56,796 nucleotides of DNA from a virus (IMGVR_UViG_3300042261_000652:64001-120796), one strand, 5' to 3'; counted from the first letter of the stretch, positions 18,802 through 27,790 are shown. Numbers and translations are program-made. The notes: a model not told the origin generated them from the sequence alone.

Positions 18802-18825
18802 CAATTTTCTGTCGTTCGATATAAT
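18798..18825 (+). promoter_or_regulatory. Sigma70-type promoter: TTGACA-N16-TATAAT
   Basis: Exact -35 (18798-18803) and exact -10 (18820-18825) hexamers with a 16-nt spacer, 52 nt upstream of the 18878 ATG; the only consensus match noticed in the window. Confidence 0.5.
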
Positions 18826-18877
18826 GGTTGCACGATTAGCCAAATTGGTGAAAAAATTAACAATTTAAACGATTAAC

Positions 18878-19966
18878 TTGATTATGCTCAATGCAACGCT
18901 TGTAATAGAAGATGGGATTAAAAAGTTTAGGAGTAAAGACTACTCTTATAATTTTAGGATGTCCGATGGATATTTTCAGAGATGGGGAAAAACCACAAAT
19001 GATGATCCTCAGCAATCGCCAATGCCTGAGATTTTGGACATCGAAACTTCTATTGATGGCTGCCCCAAGGGCAAAGTTTCCGGACAAATTTGTACATTCT
19101 GTTACAAAGGAAATTCGGCAGGTAAGCCGTCATATATGACCTTTGAGACTTTCAAGGCGATTATAGACAAGTTTCCTAAAGTGAATGGTATTCACGCATT
19201 GACTCAAATGGCTGCGGGAATTACCAGTTTTAATGCCAATCCCGACATCTTCAAAATTTTCGAATATGCTCGGCAGCAAACCATTATTCCAAATTTAACA
19301 ATCTCCGGACGAGATACTTTGACCGATGAACAGATTGCTAAATTGGTATCTTTGATTGGGGCGTCGGCGTTTTCCATTTATAAGGAAGATAAGGATCAAT
19401 GTTATGATTTGATCAGTCGCTTTCTCAAGGCGGGTCTTAAGCAATGCAATATTCACTATATGATCAGCGAGGAAACGCTTCCATTCTTATACGAAATACT
19501 GGACGACATCAAGAAGGATAAACGACTCGCAGGTCTGAATGCAATTGTCTTTCTTGGCTTAAAGCCAAAGGGTCGTGGTAATACATATCATGTACTTCCA
19601 TATGAGGAATATGACAAGTTGGTGTCATTTTGTTTTGCTAACAATATTCCATTTGGATTTGATTCGTGCGGCTCTCCAAAGGTGGAAAAATCAGTCGCCG
19701 AAAGTCGGACATTATCTCCTGCTGCTAAAACCACAATTCTGCAAGCTTGCGAACGATGTGAATCCAATTGCCACAGCTATTATATCAACGTGAATGGAAT
19801 ATCATTTCCGTGTAGCTTTGCAGAGGATATTGAAGTTGGAACTGATATCTTAAAAATAAATGATTTCTTGACCGAGGCGTGGAATTCGCCAATTTCGGAG
19901 AAATGGAGAGATAGGTTGCACGGATTAAATCGGCAGTGCCCCTTATATCCTGAGATTAGATTATAA
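18878..19966 (+). CDS. Cys-rich hypothetical protein (362 aa); possible non-canonical radical-SAM/SPASM-like Fe-S protein (weak)
   Basis: 'CPKGKVSGQICTFCYKG' (C-x9-C-x2-C) near the N-terminus; C-terminal cluster 'CERCESNCHSYYINVNGISFPC'. Confidence 0.45.
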   Translation: MIMLNATLVIEDGIKKFRSKDYSYNFRMSDGYFQRWGKTTNDDPQQSPMPEILDIETSIDGCPKGKVSGQICTFCYKGNSAGKPSYMTFETFKAIIDKFPKVNGIHALTQMAAGITSFNANPDIFKIFEYARQQTIIPNLTISGRDTLTDEQIAKLVSLIGASAFSIYKEDKDQCYDLISRFLKAGLKQCNIHYMISEETLPFLYEILDDIKKDKRLAGLNAIVFLGLKPKGRGNTYHVLPYEEYDKLVSFCFANNIPFGFDSCGSPKVEKSVAESRTLSPAAKTTILQACERCESNCHSYYINVNGISFPCSFAEDIEVGTDILKINDFLTEAWNSPISEKWRDRLHGLNRQCPLYPEIRL

Positions 19967-19971
19967 TACAT

Positions 19972-20295
19972 ATGAAAATTAGAAACAAATTCGTCAGTAA
20001 TAGTTCATCAAGCTCATTCGTGGTGGTGGGAATTAAAATTTCGATGGATCGATTTGAGGAATTGGGCGGCGAAAAAGTATTTGAGAAATTGGCGAAATAT
20101 AGAGATTTCCCCGAAGGTGAGGATTGTGCTATTATTGGTACTCGGATTGGAACATGGGACGATACGAGTGGGATTATTGAGACTAAATCATTTGAGACAT
20201 TACAGGATGAGGCGAACAAGTTAAAGACAACTCTCTCGCCGCTGATGGGGAACGATGTTAAAATCGACATTATTTACGGAGCAACTTACGGATAA
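19972..20295 (+). CDS. MKIRN-leader family paralog 1 (107 aa)
   Basis: N-terminus 'MKIRNKFVSNSSSSSFVVVG'. Confidence 0.6.
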   Translation: MKIRNKFVSNSSSSSFVVVGIKISMDRFEELGGEKVFEKLAKYRDFPEGEDCAIIGTRIGTWDDTSGIIETKSFETLQDEANKLKTTLSPLMGNDVKIDIIYGATYG

Positions 20296-20300
20296 AGAGT

Positions 20301-20672
20301 ATGAAGACTAGAAATGGATTCGTAAGCAATAGCAGTTCATCATCGTTCTTAGTGGCTTTAAAAAAAATAGCACCGTGCAGCCATTGTGGGCGATCCGATC
20401 CCGATTTTTTTGACGTGGTGACTAGAATGGGAAATGATGGATGGGTTGAGGAAACAAAGTTGGAAGCTCGTGGTGTTAAGGAGTGTATAGATAAATACTT
20501 CGAATATTCTAAGGAAGATCAGGGGCCGTTGCGCAATAAATTGATGGCAATGGAGGCGGATGGATATGAAGTCGGGATAGTCGATATTGCATATCACGAC
20601 CAAATCACCGATGACATTTTTCAAAATTTAAAAAATAGTGGAGCACTCACGGTGTTAGAAACGATATATTAA
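20301..20672 (+). CDS. MKIRN-leader family paralog 2 (123 aa)
   Basis: N-terminus 'MKTRNGFVSNSSSSSFLVAL'; CSHCG motif. Confidence 0.6.
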   Translation: MKTRNGFVSNSSSSSFLVALKKIAPCSHCGRSDPDFFDVVTRMGNDGWVEETKLEARGVKECIDKYFEYSKEDQGPLRNKLMAMEADGYEVGIVDIAYHDQITDDIFQNLKNSGALTVLETIY

Positions 20673-20679
20673 TAAACAT

Positions 20680-21039
20680 ATGAAAATTAGAAATGGATTT
20701 GTATCAAATAGCAGCAGTTCTTCATTCATAGTAATGGGGTATCCAGTAACAGAGGATATATTTGCACAGTTGCAGGTGAAATTTCCAATGAAAGATGGAG
20801 AAAGGGTATTGGAATGGGAAGATCGGCTGCAAATGGAAATTGGATATCCTATTAGATTGTTATACGTAAAAGGTGCGACTCAGTATATTATAGGGACGGT
20901 TATTGCCAATGCCGATGGAAACTGTCTCGAATCTGTAACATATTCGATGGATCAACTTAAAGCCTTAGCTCAGCAAACTTCTGAAAAATTGGGTATTAGC
21001 GGTGAGTGTAAATTAATGATTGGAACTCGCCCCTGGTAA
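20680..21039 (+). CDS. MKIRN-leader family paralog 3 (119 aa)
   Basis: N-terminus 'MKIRNGFVSNSSSSSFIVMG'. Confidence 0.6.
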   Translation: MKIRNGFVSNSSSSSFIVMGYPVTEDIFAQLQVKFPMKDGERVLEWEDRLQMEIGYPIRLLYVKGATQYIIGTVIANADGNCLESVTYSMDQLKALAQQTSEKLGISGECKLMIGTRPW

Positions 21040-21049
21040 AACAAATATT

Positions 21050-21556
21050 ATGAAAATCCGAACGTGTTTTGTTAGTAATAGTAGTACTTCCAGTTGTATT
21101 TGCAATTTGTGCGGCAGAGAGGCAACTGGAATGGACATGTGCGCAGGTGATGCGGGTATGTTCGTATGTGTTAACGGACATACTATTTGTCAAGATGAAG
21201 CTGCGGAAAGCTTTGAGCAATGGATGGCAGAGAGCAATGAGTCGGAAGCCCTAGATGATGGTTATGGGAGCGGATATTATTATGACGTGCCTGAAAAATA
21301 TTGCCCATTCTGTCTTATGATTGAGTTTGCTCAGCCAGATCTAAAGCAGTATCTTAAAATTAAAACGAAGATTACTGAGGATGAGGCATTCGCTACAGTA
21401 AAAGCGGCAAATAAACGACGGAAAAAGCTTTACGACGCCGAGTATGTCATGTATACTTTGACCAAGACAGGCGAAAAGATGGAAAATTTGATTGCCGAGA
21501 TTAAAGCCAAATATACAACATATAAAGAATTTAGCAAATCGCTTTATGAAAATTAG
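21050..21556 (+). CDS. MKIRN-leader family paralog 4 (168 aa), Cys-rich
   Basis: Start re-set from track ORF 21020 to the internal ATG 21050 giving 'MKIRTCFVSNSSTSSC'; 'CNLCG...CAGD...CVNGHTIC'. Confidence 0.55.
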   Translation: MKIRTCFVSNSSTSSCICNLCGREATGMDMCAGDAGMFVCVNGHTICQDEAAESFEQWMAESNESEALDDGYGSGYYYDVPEKYCPFCLMIEFAQPDLKQYLKIKTKITEDEAFATVKAANKRRKKLYDAEYVMYTLTKTGEKMENLIAEIKAKYTTYKEFSKSLYEN

Positions 21557-21995
21557 AAATAAATTTGTCAGTAATAGCAGTAGTTCCAGCTTTATTGTAA
21601 TCGACTCGTGTGCCGATGAAACGGAAGTGGAAAGATTGCGCAATCTATATGGCAATAAGGAAATTTTAACCATAGGACCGACGTTTGGTTGTAATAAGTT
21701 TGGATGGGAGTATGGCGAATATTTCGATTTTGAGGATAAATTGATGTTTGCGCTATTGCAAGCGAAGTATGTTCGTGAAACATATCCCAAATGGATGATT
21801 ATGTTGCACGGAGTTTTGAAAAATGCGCTCAATGTGAAAGAAATACAATGGACTTGTGCAGATGAAGGATATATAGATCATCAATCTGCCAGTTATGAAG
21901 GAGAAAATACGGAGATGTTTATCTCCGAGGACAAATTAAGAAGTTTCTTATTTTCTAAACAATCGCATATTGAGACAGGAAATGATAACGAATGA
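21546..21995 (+). CDS. MKIRN-leader family paralog 5 (149 aa)
   Basis: Start re-set from track ORF 21492 to the ATG at 21546 giving 'MKIRNKFVSNSSSSSFIVID'; overlaps the previous gene by 11 nt. Confidence 0.55.
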   Translation: MKIRNKFVSNSSSSSFIVIDSCADETEVERLRNLYGNKEILTIGPTFGCNKFGWEYGEYFDFEDKLMFALLQAKYVRETYPKWMIMLHGVLKNALNVKEIQWTCADEGYIDHQSASYEGENTEMFISEDKLRSFLFSKQSHIETGNDNE

Positions 21996-22477
21996 AAATT
22001 CGAACCAATTTTGTAAGTAATAGTTCTTCCAGTTCTTTTATTGTAAATCGAAGACATGAGTATAATAAAGACCGGCCACTATTATTGTCGTCAGAGCAAG
22101 AGCAATTGTTAAAAGATAATGGATTTCGTTTGGGGATATGTTATTTTCCAAATCAAATTGCCAACGATGAAGTATTTGAGTTGCCATTGAGCGCCGATGA
22201 ACTTGCAATTGCAAATTGGTGCAAGTCGGTAACATGCAATCAAGACGATGAAATTGGATTTTTACTAAGACATAGAATATCATTTATGGCCGATGTTCAC
22301 TATGAGCATAGTAGTATGTTATATGACGGCACATCCGATGTCTTGCTTATAGCCGAAAATTTCGGAAAGCAGATGCAAATGGCGGGTGAGGGCAAAATAA
22401 ACTTTGATGTTGGAGCGAATCGAGCACCAATAACAAGAACGACGGGAAAACAATATTTGGAATTAAGACATTTATGA
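21992..22477 (+). CDS. MKIRN-leader family paralog 6 (161 aa)
   Basis: 'MKIRTNFVSNSSSSSFIVNR'; ATGA overlap with the previous gene. Confidence 0.6.
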   Translation: MKIRTNFVSNSSSSSFIVNRRHEYNKDRPLLLSSEQEQLLKDNGFRLGICYFPNQIANDEVFELPLSADELAIANWCKSVTCNQDDEIGFLLRHRISFMADVHYEHSSMLYDGTSDVLLIAENFGKQMQMAGEGKINFDVGANRAPITRTTGKQYLELRHL

Positions 22478-22782
22478 AAACACGATTAGGATTTGTTAGC
22501 AACAGTTCAAGCTCCAGCTTTTGTATTCTAGGAGTCAAGATTGACACCAATGCTGAAAAAATAATAAACAGCAATCACAGAACACTACCGTCAAGAATTA
22601 GAATTCAATATTCGATTTCACACAATGGTAGTAGATATGTTGGTATAGAAGCATTCCGCATATTGGATGATGAGACGCCCCGCCAGATTAAACAAGAACT
22701 TGTGGAGTCACTTCAAAGGGTCGGCGTTGAAATAAAAATGACCGAAATAGACTGGATAGAAGATGAAGGATATAACGGATGA
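22474..22782 (+). CDS. MKIRN-leader family paralog 7 (102 aa)
   Basis: 'MKTRLGFVSNSSSSSFCILG'; ATGA overlap. Confidence 0.6.
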   Translation: MKTRLGFVSNSSSSSFCILGVKIDTNAEKIINSNHRTLPSRIRIQYSISHNGSRYVGIEAFRILDDETPRQIKQELVESLQRVGVEIKMTEIDWIEDEGYNG

Positions 22783-23027
22783 AAATACGATCAGGATTTG
22801 TTAGTAATAGTTCGAGTTCCAGCTTTTGTGTTAATCTCAATATGATTTCAGCACGAGATGTGATGGTGCTTATGGATTATCATAAATTGGATAACCATGA
22901 TTGGTGGGATATAAGTGTACAATATGATCGTGGGTTAATCGTAGGTACAACAAATATGGATAATGGTGATCTCGATGAATATCTGAGTGCAAATGGTGTT
23001 AATACGGAATTATTTAATTGGTCATGA
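22779..23027 (+). CDS. MKIRN-leader family paralog 8 (82 aa)
   Basis: 'MKIRSGFVSNSSSSSFCVNL'; ATGA overlap. Confidence 0.6.
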   Translation: MKIRSGFVSNSSSSSFCVNLNMISARDVMVLMDYHKLDNHDWWDISVQYDRGLIVGTTNMDNGDLDEYLSANGVNTELFNWS

Positions 23028-23626
23028 AAACTAGAAATGGATTTGTCAGTAATAGTAGTTCATCATCGTTTATTGTGGCATTTGACGAAAAGCCACAAAA
23101 AGATGAATTGCTGAATATATTATATCCGGTAAATATGAAAATGGGCCGTCGACCATCTGTATCCCCAGATTGGGGCGATGGCTCGGTGGACGCACGTTCG
23201 GCGACTAAGATCATATATGATCAATTAAAAGATAAAAAGCCGCTTACCAAAAAACAGATATTGGAAGAAATTTCCGGGGGGTACTTTGAAGGGTATCCGC
23301 AAATTTCGCATTCGACGGAGGACGACCCGTCGTGGAAAATTGCGTCGGAATATACTGCCGCCACCGGAAAAAATATCCACGCATGTGATGCAGACCCAGC
23401 GTGGAGAAAACGCTACGAACAAGCAAACCAACAACATTGGGATGCTCAGCGAAAATTAGTAGATGACGCCGCCAAAGCGTACTTCGATAAAGTGTATTCT
23501 ACTAAGTTCAAGGGTAAAAAATGCTACGAGATTTCTTTTTCCGACAATGATGGAGATGTATTTGCCACCTTGGAACATGGGAATACATTTGACAATATTC
23601 CGCATATTAAAATAAGTCATCATTAG
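23024..23626 (+). CDS. MKIRN-leader family paralog 9 (200 aa)
   Basis: Start re-set from 23018 to the ATG at 23024 giving 'MKTRNGFVSNSSSSSFIVAF'; ATGA overlap. Confidence 0.6.
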   Translation: MKTRNGFVSNSSSSSFIVAFDEKPQKDELLNILYPVNMKMGRRPSVSPDWGDGSVDARSATKIIYDQLKDKKPLTKKQILEEISGGYFEGYPQISHSTEDDPSWKIASEYTAATGKNIHACDADPAWRKRYEQANQQHWDAQRKLVDDAAKAYFDKVYSTKFKGKKCYEISFSDNDGDVFATLEHGNTFDNIPHIKISHH

Positions 23627-23688
23627 TATGAAACGAATAGATCGTCACAAAAAAAATGCCGCTTTAACATTGGCAAAAATTAGATCGA

Positions 23689-24216
23689 TTGCCCCGCCGC
23701 TTCATTATAGAACGGGGGTGGGACTATTTTATGTGGTTAGAATGGGATTGCTATCTTGGTAAGGATAGATGGTATGACACGTTATGGGACGAACTGCAAG
23801 CGTGGCCTCACCAACCAATTCAAGCGGGAACTCCTGTAGTATCTCTCCAAGGATTGCACGGCAATTTTTTAGCCAATGTACAACATTATGTGGGAGAATT
23901 TATAAAAACGAATAAGGTTGCTATGTCATTTATATTAAACCGACCGTTTTTTCTAACTGTTAACGGCGCTATGGCATTTTATAATGTTGATAAAATGCAT
24001 CAATATTTTCAACTTCCCAATTATCAACCATTTAAATGTTTTGATATAACAGCGGGAATGCGAATATTCGATGAAGTTGGGGAAGATATACTAAAACGCA
24101 CGGCTTGGTTGCCATCTCTATATTCGGGATGGGGCGAAGAAACCTATACAGTAAACCAGCGATTAGAAATGGTAAATGCAGGCTATAAAGTAGCTATGCA
24201 TCAATATAAAGTTTAG
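23689..24216 (+). CDS. Hypothetical protein (Trp-rich N-terminus)
   Basis: ORF only; start uncertain because the track allows alternative start codons. Confidence 0.4.
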   Translation: MPRRFIIERGWDYFMWLEWDCYLGKDRWYDTLWDELQAWPHQPIQAGTPVVSLQGLHGNFLANVQHYVGEFIKTNKVAMSFILNRPFFLTVNGAMAFYNVDKMHQYFQLPNYQPFKCFDITAGMRIFDEVGEDILKRTAWLPSLYSGWGEETYTVNQRLEMVNAGYKVAMHQYKV

Positions 24217-24884
24217 GTTGATGGATTTGCTCCATCATAAGTATCCGAATAATACTTATCTGCTGCGGTTAACTCATTTCCTAAGCATTGTGAACACCTA
24301 GAGAATTCTCCATGTGATGGCACAAATGTTCTTCCACATTTACATTTTCTCGGAGAATAATCATTTGACGTGTTATTCTCACCATTCTTTTCTAATGTTT
24401 GTCGTTTTGGTTGTGAAGCGGCGTTCGGCTGTTGGAAAGAGTCCTGCTTTAAATTGTAATACCTACCCAAAATGTGTCGCATATCTTCATATGTGACGCC
24501 CAGTTGTTGCATACGAGCATATCCCTCTTTTGCAATTTTTTGAAACTCGGTAAGTCTTTGCTTGAGCGCCTTCATATCCTTCATCACGATCTCTTGCTGA
24601 AACCAATCCCCACATTCGTGGACTGCATATGTTTCGGCCAATTCACACAATTCGGTAAGTCCCTTTGCTGAATTTAACAAGGCTTCTTCATTGCGCAGAC
24701 ATTGACCAAAGTTTTCAAACATGGATGTCATTTGCATAAGTTTGCGCTTCTGATCGGAAGTAAGCCGCTTCTTTTCCTCACCAAATCCCTTCTCAGGAAT
24801 TTTGCCAAGGTTTTCTACGATACGCTTTAGTGTAAATTTTGTGGTTTTAGGAGTATTCATACGGGTATAAATATCATTCGGCAT
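24213..24884 (-). CDS. Hypothetical protein (223 aa) with C-terminal CxC...CxxC
   Basis: ORF; 'CKCGRTF...CSQC'. Confidence 0.5.
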   Translation of the reverse strand: MPNDIYTRMNTPKTTKFTLKRIVENLGKIPEKGFGEEKKRLTSDQKRKLMQMTSMFENFGQCLRNEEALLNSAKGLTELCELAETYAVHECGDWFQQEIVMKDMKALKQRLTEFQKIAKEGYARMQQLGVTYEDMRHILGRYYNLKQDSFQQPNAASQPKRQTLEKNGENNTSNDYSPRKCKCGRTFVPSHGEFSRCSQCLGNELTAADKYYSDTYDGANPST

Positions 24885-24925
24885 AGTATTATTGCATATT
24901 TTTTAATGTCGGATATATAAAATTG

Positions 24926-25264
24926 TCATCTATCCTTATCACAGGCAGGCTGCTCATACGTGTCGAAATAATCAATAACATCATTAAAATTTCTAAATCT
25001 TTTAGTTTGGCGGTTTGGCTCTTCAAGAATAAAGAATTTTTGAATTTTTCCATCGGCGTCTTTATCTTTTTTTCTGTAAATGGTGATTTTGTTGGAACCA
25101 TCCTCAGTCGTACTTGTCTTAGTGATCATACGATAATCATCTGCCATTATGAATCCCATCGTCATAAGATGATCGACGTCGGGCCACCGCCAGTCATCGA
25201 TGGCTATTAATCCATCCTTCGTATGCTTTTCAGCAGAGTGCATCAATTCAAGTAGACTGATCAT
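24926..25264 (-). CDS. Hypothetical protein (112 aa)
   Basis: ORF on the same strand as its neighbours. Confidence 0.45.
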   Translation of the reverse strand: MISLLELMHSAEKHTKDGLIAIDDWRWPDVDHLMTMGFIMADDYRMITKTSTTEDGSNKITIYRKKDKDADGKIQKFFILEEPNRQTKRFRNFNDVIDYFDTYEQPACDKDR

Positions 25265-25290
25265 ATATATAGTTGATTAAGTTTAAAATA

Positions 25291-25995
25291 TTATATATCG
25301 AGCTTTTCCAAAAGATCTGAGAGAATATCGGCTCCTTGGATTTCATCTCTAAACGTAATAGACTTGGTAATACGTATCGAATCATTCACCGTAACTTCAG
25401 CTTGTTCAGCGTCGGCTCCTGTATTTTTCATATCAGATTCGCCACCCTCATCATTTCCCTGATCGCTAATATCTTTGGGATGCCCCTCTTCTTCTGCTCG
25501 CTCGTACTTTGTAAATGCAGTCCAACAAAAATCAGATCCTTCCCTAAGTTTTTTAATCACCGTCGTATCATTATTACCAAAATCATCGGTATTTTCATAA
25601 CGAATAGAATACGGGGTAACAGTTTGAGGCTGAACTTTTTGAAAGTTGCTAATAGCTTGTAATTCTTTGGGCGTTATTTGAATACCACGCCGTTGATCTA
25701 CATAACTATCAAAGTCGGCTTTAGTGTCAAATATTTTAGCTATGACATTTCGCTCAACTGTAGAAGGAACTCCGGTTCCCGTAAATTCATTTTCATTAAC
25801 TCCAAGATTATCAGGATTAACGATATCTGTTTCACCACCAATATTGCCTTTACATTCTTTAAGCGTATGAAGAAGTCGTCTTTTTTGATTAATAGACATA
25901 TTCTCTACCAATTGTAGACTTTTAATTCTTTTTATAAGCTTGTTAACGTTATTGGATTTCACTTCATTCATATTCGGACGATAGTTCGACTTCAT
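25291..25995 (-). CDS. Hypothetical acidic protein (234 aa)
   Basis: ORF. Confidence 0.5.
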   Translation of the reverse strand: MKSNYRPNMNEVKSNNVNKLIKRIKSLQLVENMSINQKRRLLHTLKECKGNIGGETDIVNPDNLGVNENEFTGTGVPSTVERNVIAKIFDTKADFDSYVDQRRGIQITPKELQAISNFQKVQPQTVTPYSIRYENTDDFGNNDTTVIKKLREGSDFCWTAFTKYERAEEEGHPKDISDQGNDEGGESDMKNTGADAEQAEVTVNDSIRITKSITFRDEIQGADILSDLLEKLDI

Positions 25996-26246
25996 GAGTA
26001 TAAATATGATTGCTTTATGGCAATCAACTCATTTTTATGGAATTCTATTACAATAGCTTCGTTATAACATCTACGTTTTCTTATATGATAAATATTTTTA
26101 TCTTTTTTTCACTTTTCAATTTGACTTTTATATTTATAATATAGAAATGCCACATTTATATGTTGCCAATGACCCTCTCGGGTTTCTGTTTTTAATAATC
26201 TTCATTGAAGCTTTAATAGCTTTAGAACCTATAAGGAAATTTTAAT

Positions 26247-27758
26247 ATGGATAGTAATCTTTTGAAAGAAGCTATTGCCGATGCAAAAGCAGTGCGTCAA
26301 ACGGCGCTCGCAAATGCAAAGGTTGCGCTTGAAGAAGCGTTTACTGAACGCTATCAGGCAATGTTTGCTGAAAAGCTAAAGGAAGATGCGGAGCAAGAAG
26401 TTGCCGAACCGCATGAAGAAACCGCAGGAATGAATCCCGCAGGAGATAATGTGTCAGAACAGGAAATTGATGAGCTTATTAAAGAGCTGGAAGCGGAAGT
26501 AGGTCAAGAATCGCCCACCGATGCTGACGATGCGGCTTCTATGGGTGCTGTTCCTCCCGCAATGCCCGGTGCTGTTCCTCCCGCAATGCCCGGTGCTGTT
26601 CCTCCCGCAATGCCCGGTGCTGTTCCTCCCGCAATGCCCGGCGCTGCTCCTCAATCATGCCCACCAGGATGTTCTCCTATGGGCGGAGCGCCAATGCAAG
26701 GAATGCCTCCGATGCCCGGAGCACCAGCACCCGAAATGGGTGGCGAATTTTCGCAACCGTCTGTCCCGCAAATGGGTGGAGCAGTTTCCCCACAACCCGG
26801 TGCAGGTACTCCGCCTCCGTCTGAAGTTCCTCCTGCGGAGAATGAAGCCGATGAAGATGTGGATTTGAATGAGCTTTTGGAAAGTCTTAAGCAAGAAATT
26901 GAACAGGATAACGAAGAGGAAGAAGAAGAAGAAGGCACAACCTTGGATGAAAGCACAAAACTCGCTTCGTCTGGTATTGGTGGAAATAAAGCAGGCGGCT
27001 CGGCAAATAAGAAACCGACCTCGGCTGCAAGTTCTTCTTCTAAAGTAGAATCTGGCGGACGTGATCACGAAGGTCTTCCGAAATTGGATCAGCCAAAGAC
27101 TGTTGCCAAAGAAGCAACGGAAGCATCTCGTCCAAATCAGGCTAAGAATGCAACTAAGAGTAATTTATCCACTCCTAAGATGGGAGCTGGAAATGGATCT
27201 GGTGGACAGAGTGAAGATGGTATGCCATCACTCGATCAGCCAAAAGTCACGGCCAAAGAGCCAACCACCGCATCTCGTCCAAATCAGGCCAAGAATGCAA
27301 CTAAGAGTAATTTATCCACCCCGGGTGGAGCACTGGAGGAAAATGTAATTCTCCGTAAACAACTTAATGAAGCCGAAGAGGTTATTAAGTATGTTAAAGA
27401 CCAACTTAATGAGGTTAATTTATTGAATGCTAAACTGCTTTACACGAACAAGTTGTTTAAGGAATTCAATATGAACAAAGAGCAGAAAATGCGAGTTGTT
27501 GAAATGTTTGACCTCGTAAAAAATGTTCGTGAAGTAAAGTTGACTTACGCCAACATTGCAGAGTCGCTGAATTTCGGTGGCACTGATATCAAGCGAAAAA
27601 CGAAAAATTTCGCAGTGACTCAGTCAATCACTGAAGGTCTCGCATCGGGCGCAGTCGGATCAACCAAACCTTCAAGAGAAATTATCTCAGAAGGTAAAGT
27701 AAACCAAATGGCATCGAGATTCCAAAAACTCGCAGGAATCAATTTGCCAAAAAAGTAA
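26247..27758 (+). CDS. Scaffold/prohead-core-like protein (503 aa): N-terminal coiled coil, Pro/Ala repeat, acidic tract, C-terminal coiled coil
   Basis: Lies immediately upstream of the major capsid gene (gp22 position); multiple L-x-E motifs; 'GAVPPAMP' x4; good AAGGA ribosome-binding site. Confidence 0.55.
   Translation: MDSNLLKEAIADAKAVRQTALANAKVALEEAFTERYQAMFAEKLKEDAEQEVAEPHEETAGMNPAGDNVSEQEIDELIKELEAEVGQESPTDADDAASMGAVPPAMPGAVPPAMPGAVPPAMPGAVPPAMPGAAPQSCPPGCSPMGGAPMQGMPPMPGAPAPEMGGEFSQPSVPQMGGAVSPQPGAGTPPPSEVPPAENEADEDVDLNELLESLKQEIEQDNEEEEEEEGTTLDESTKLASSGIGGNKAGGSANKKPTSAASSSSKVESGGRDHEGLPKLDQPKTVAKEATEASRPNQAKNATKSNLSTPKMGAGNGSGGQSEDGMPSLDQPKVTAKEPTTASRPNQAKNATKSNLSTPGGALEENVILRKQLNEAEEVIKYVKDQLNEVNLLNAKLLYTNKLFKEFNMNKEQKMRVVEMFDLVKNVREVKLTYANIAESLNFGGTDIKRKTKNFAVTQSITEGLASGAVGSTKPSREIISEGKVNQMASRFQKLAGINLPKK
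26544..26639 (+). repeat. 4 x 24-bp perfect tandem repeat encoding GAVPPAMP
   Basis: ggtgctgttcctcccgcaatgccc repeated four times; a fifth degenerate copy follows. Confidence 0.8.
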
Positions 27759-27790
27759 TCTGAATGCGAGATAACTGAAAGATTGTAATT

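Noticed and set aside
25999-26006. Exact T4 late-promoter octamer TATAAATA
   Set aside because: It sits only 3 nt from the start codon of the minus-strand 25291..25995 gene and 240 nt from the scaffold gene. It is a single occurrence, and the recurring element in this genome is the reverse-oriented ATATTTATAA. It cannot be called a promoter.
26454-27068. Four overlapping ORFs on both strands (26454..26654-, 26521..26868+, 26651..26956-, 26655..27068-) with repetitive Cys/Arg/Pro translations
   Set aside because: All lie inside the scaffold-like gene's GC-rich Pro/Ala repeat region. The low-complexity DNA stays open in several frames, and the translations (e.g. 'CGRNSTGHCGRNSTGH...') are frame-shifted echoes of the 24-bp repeat.
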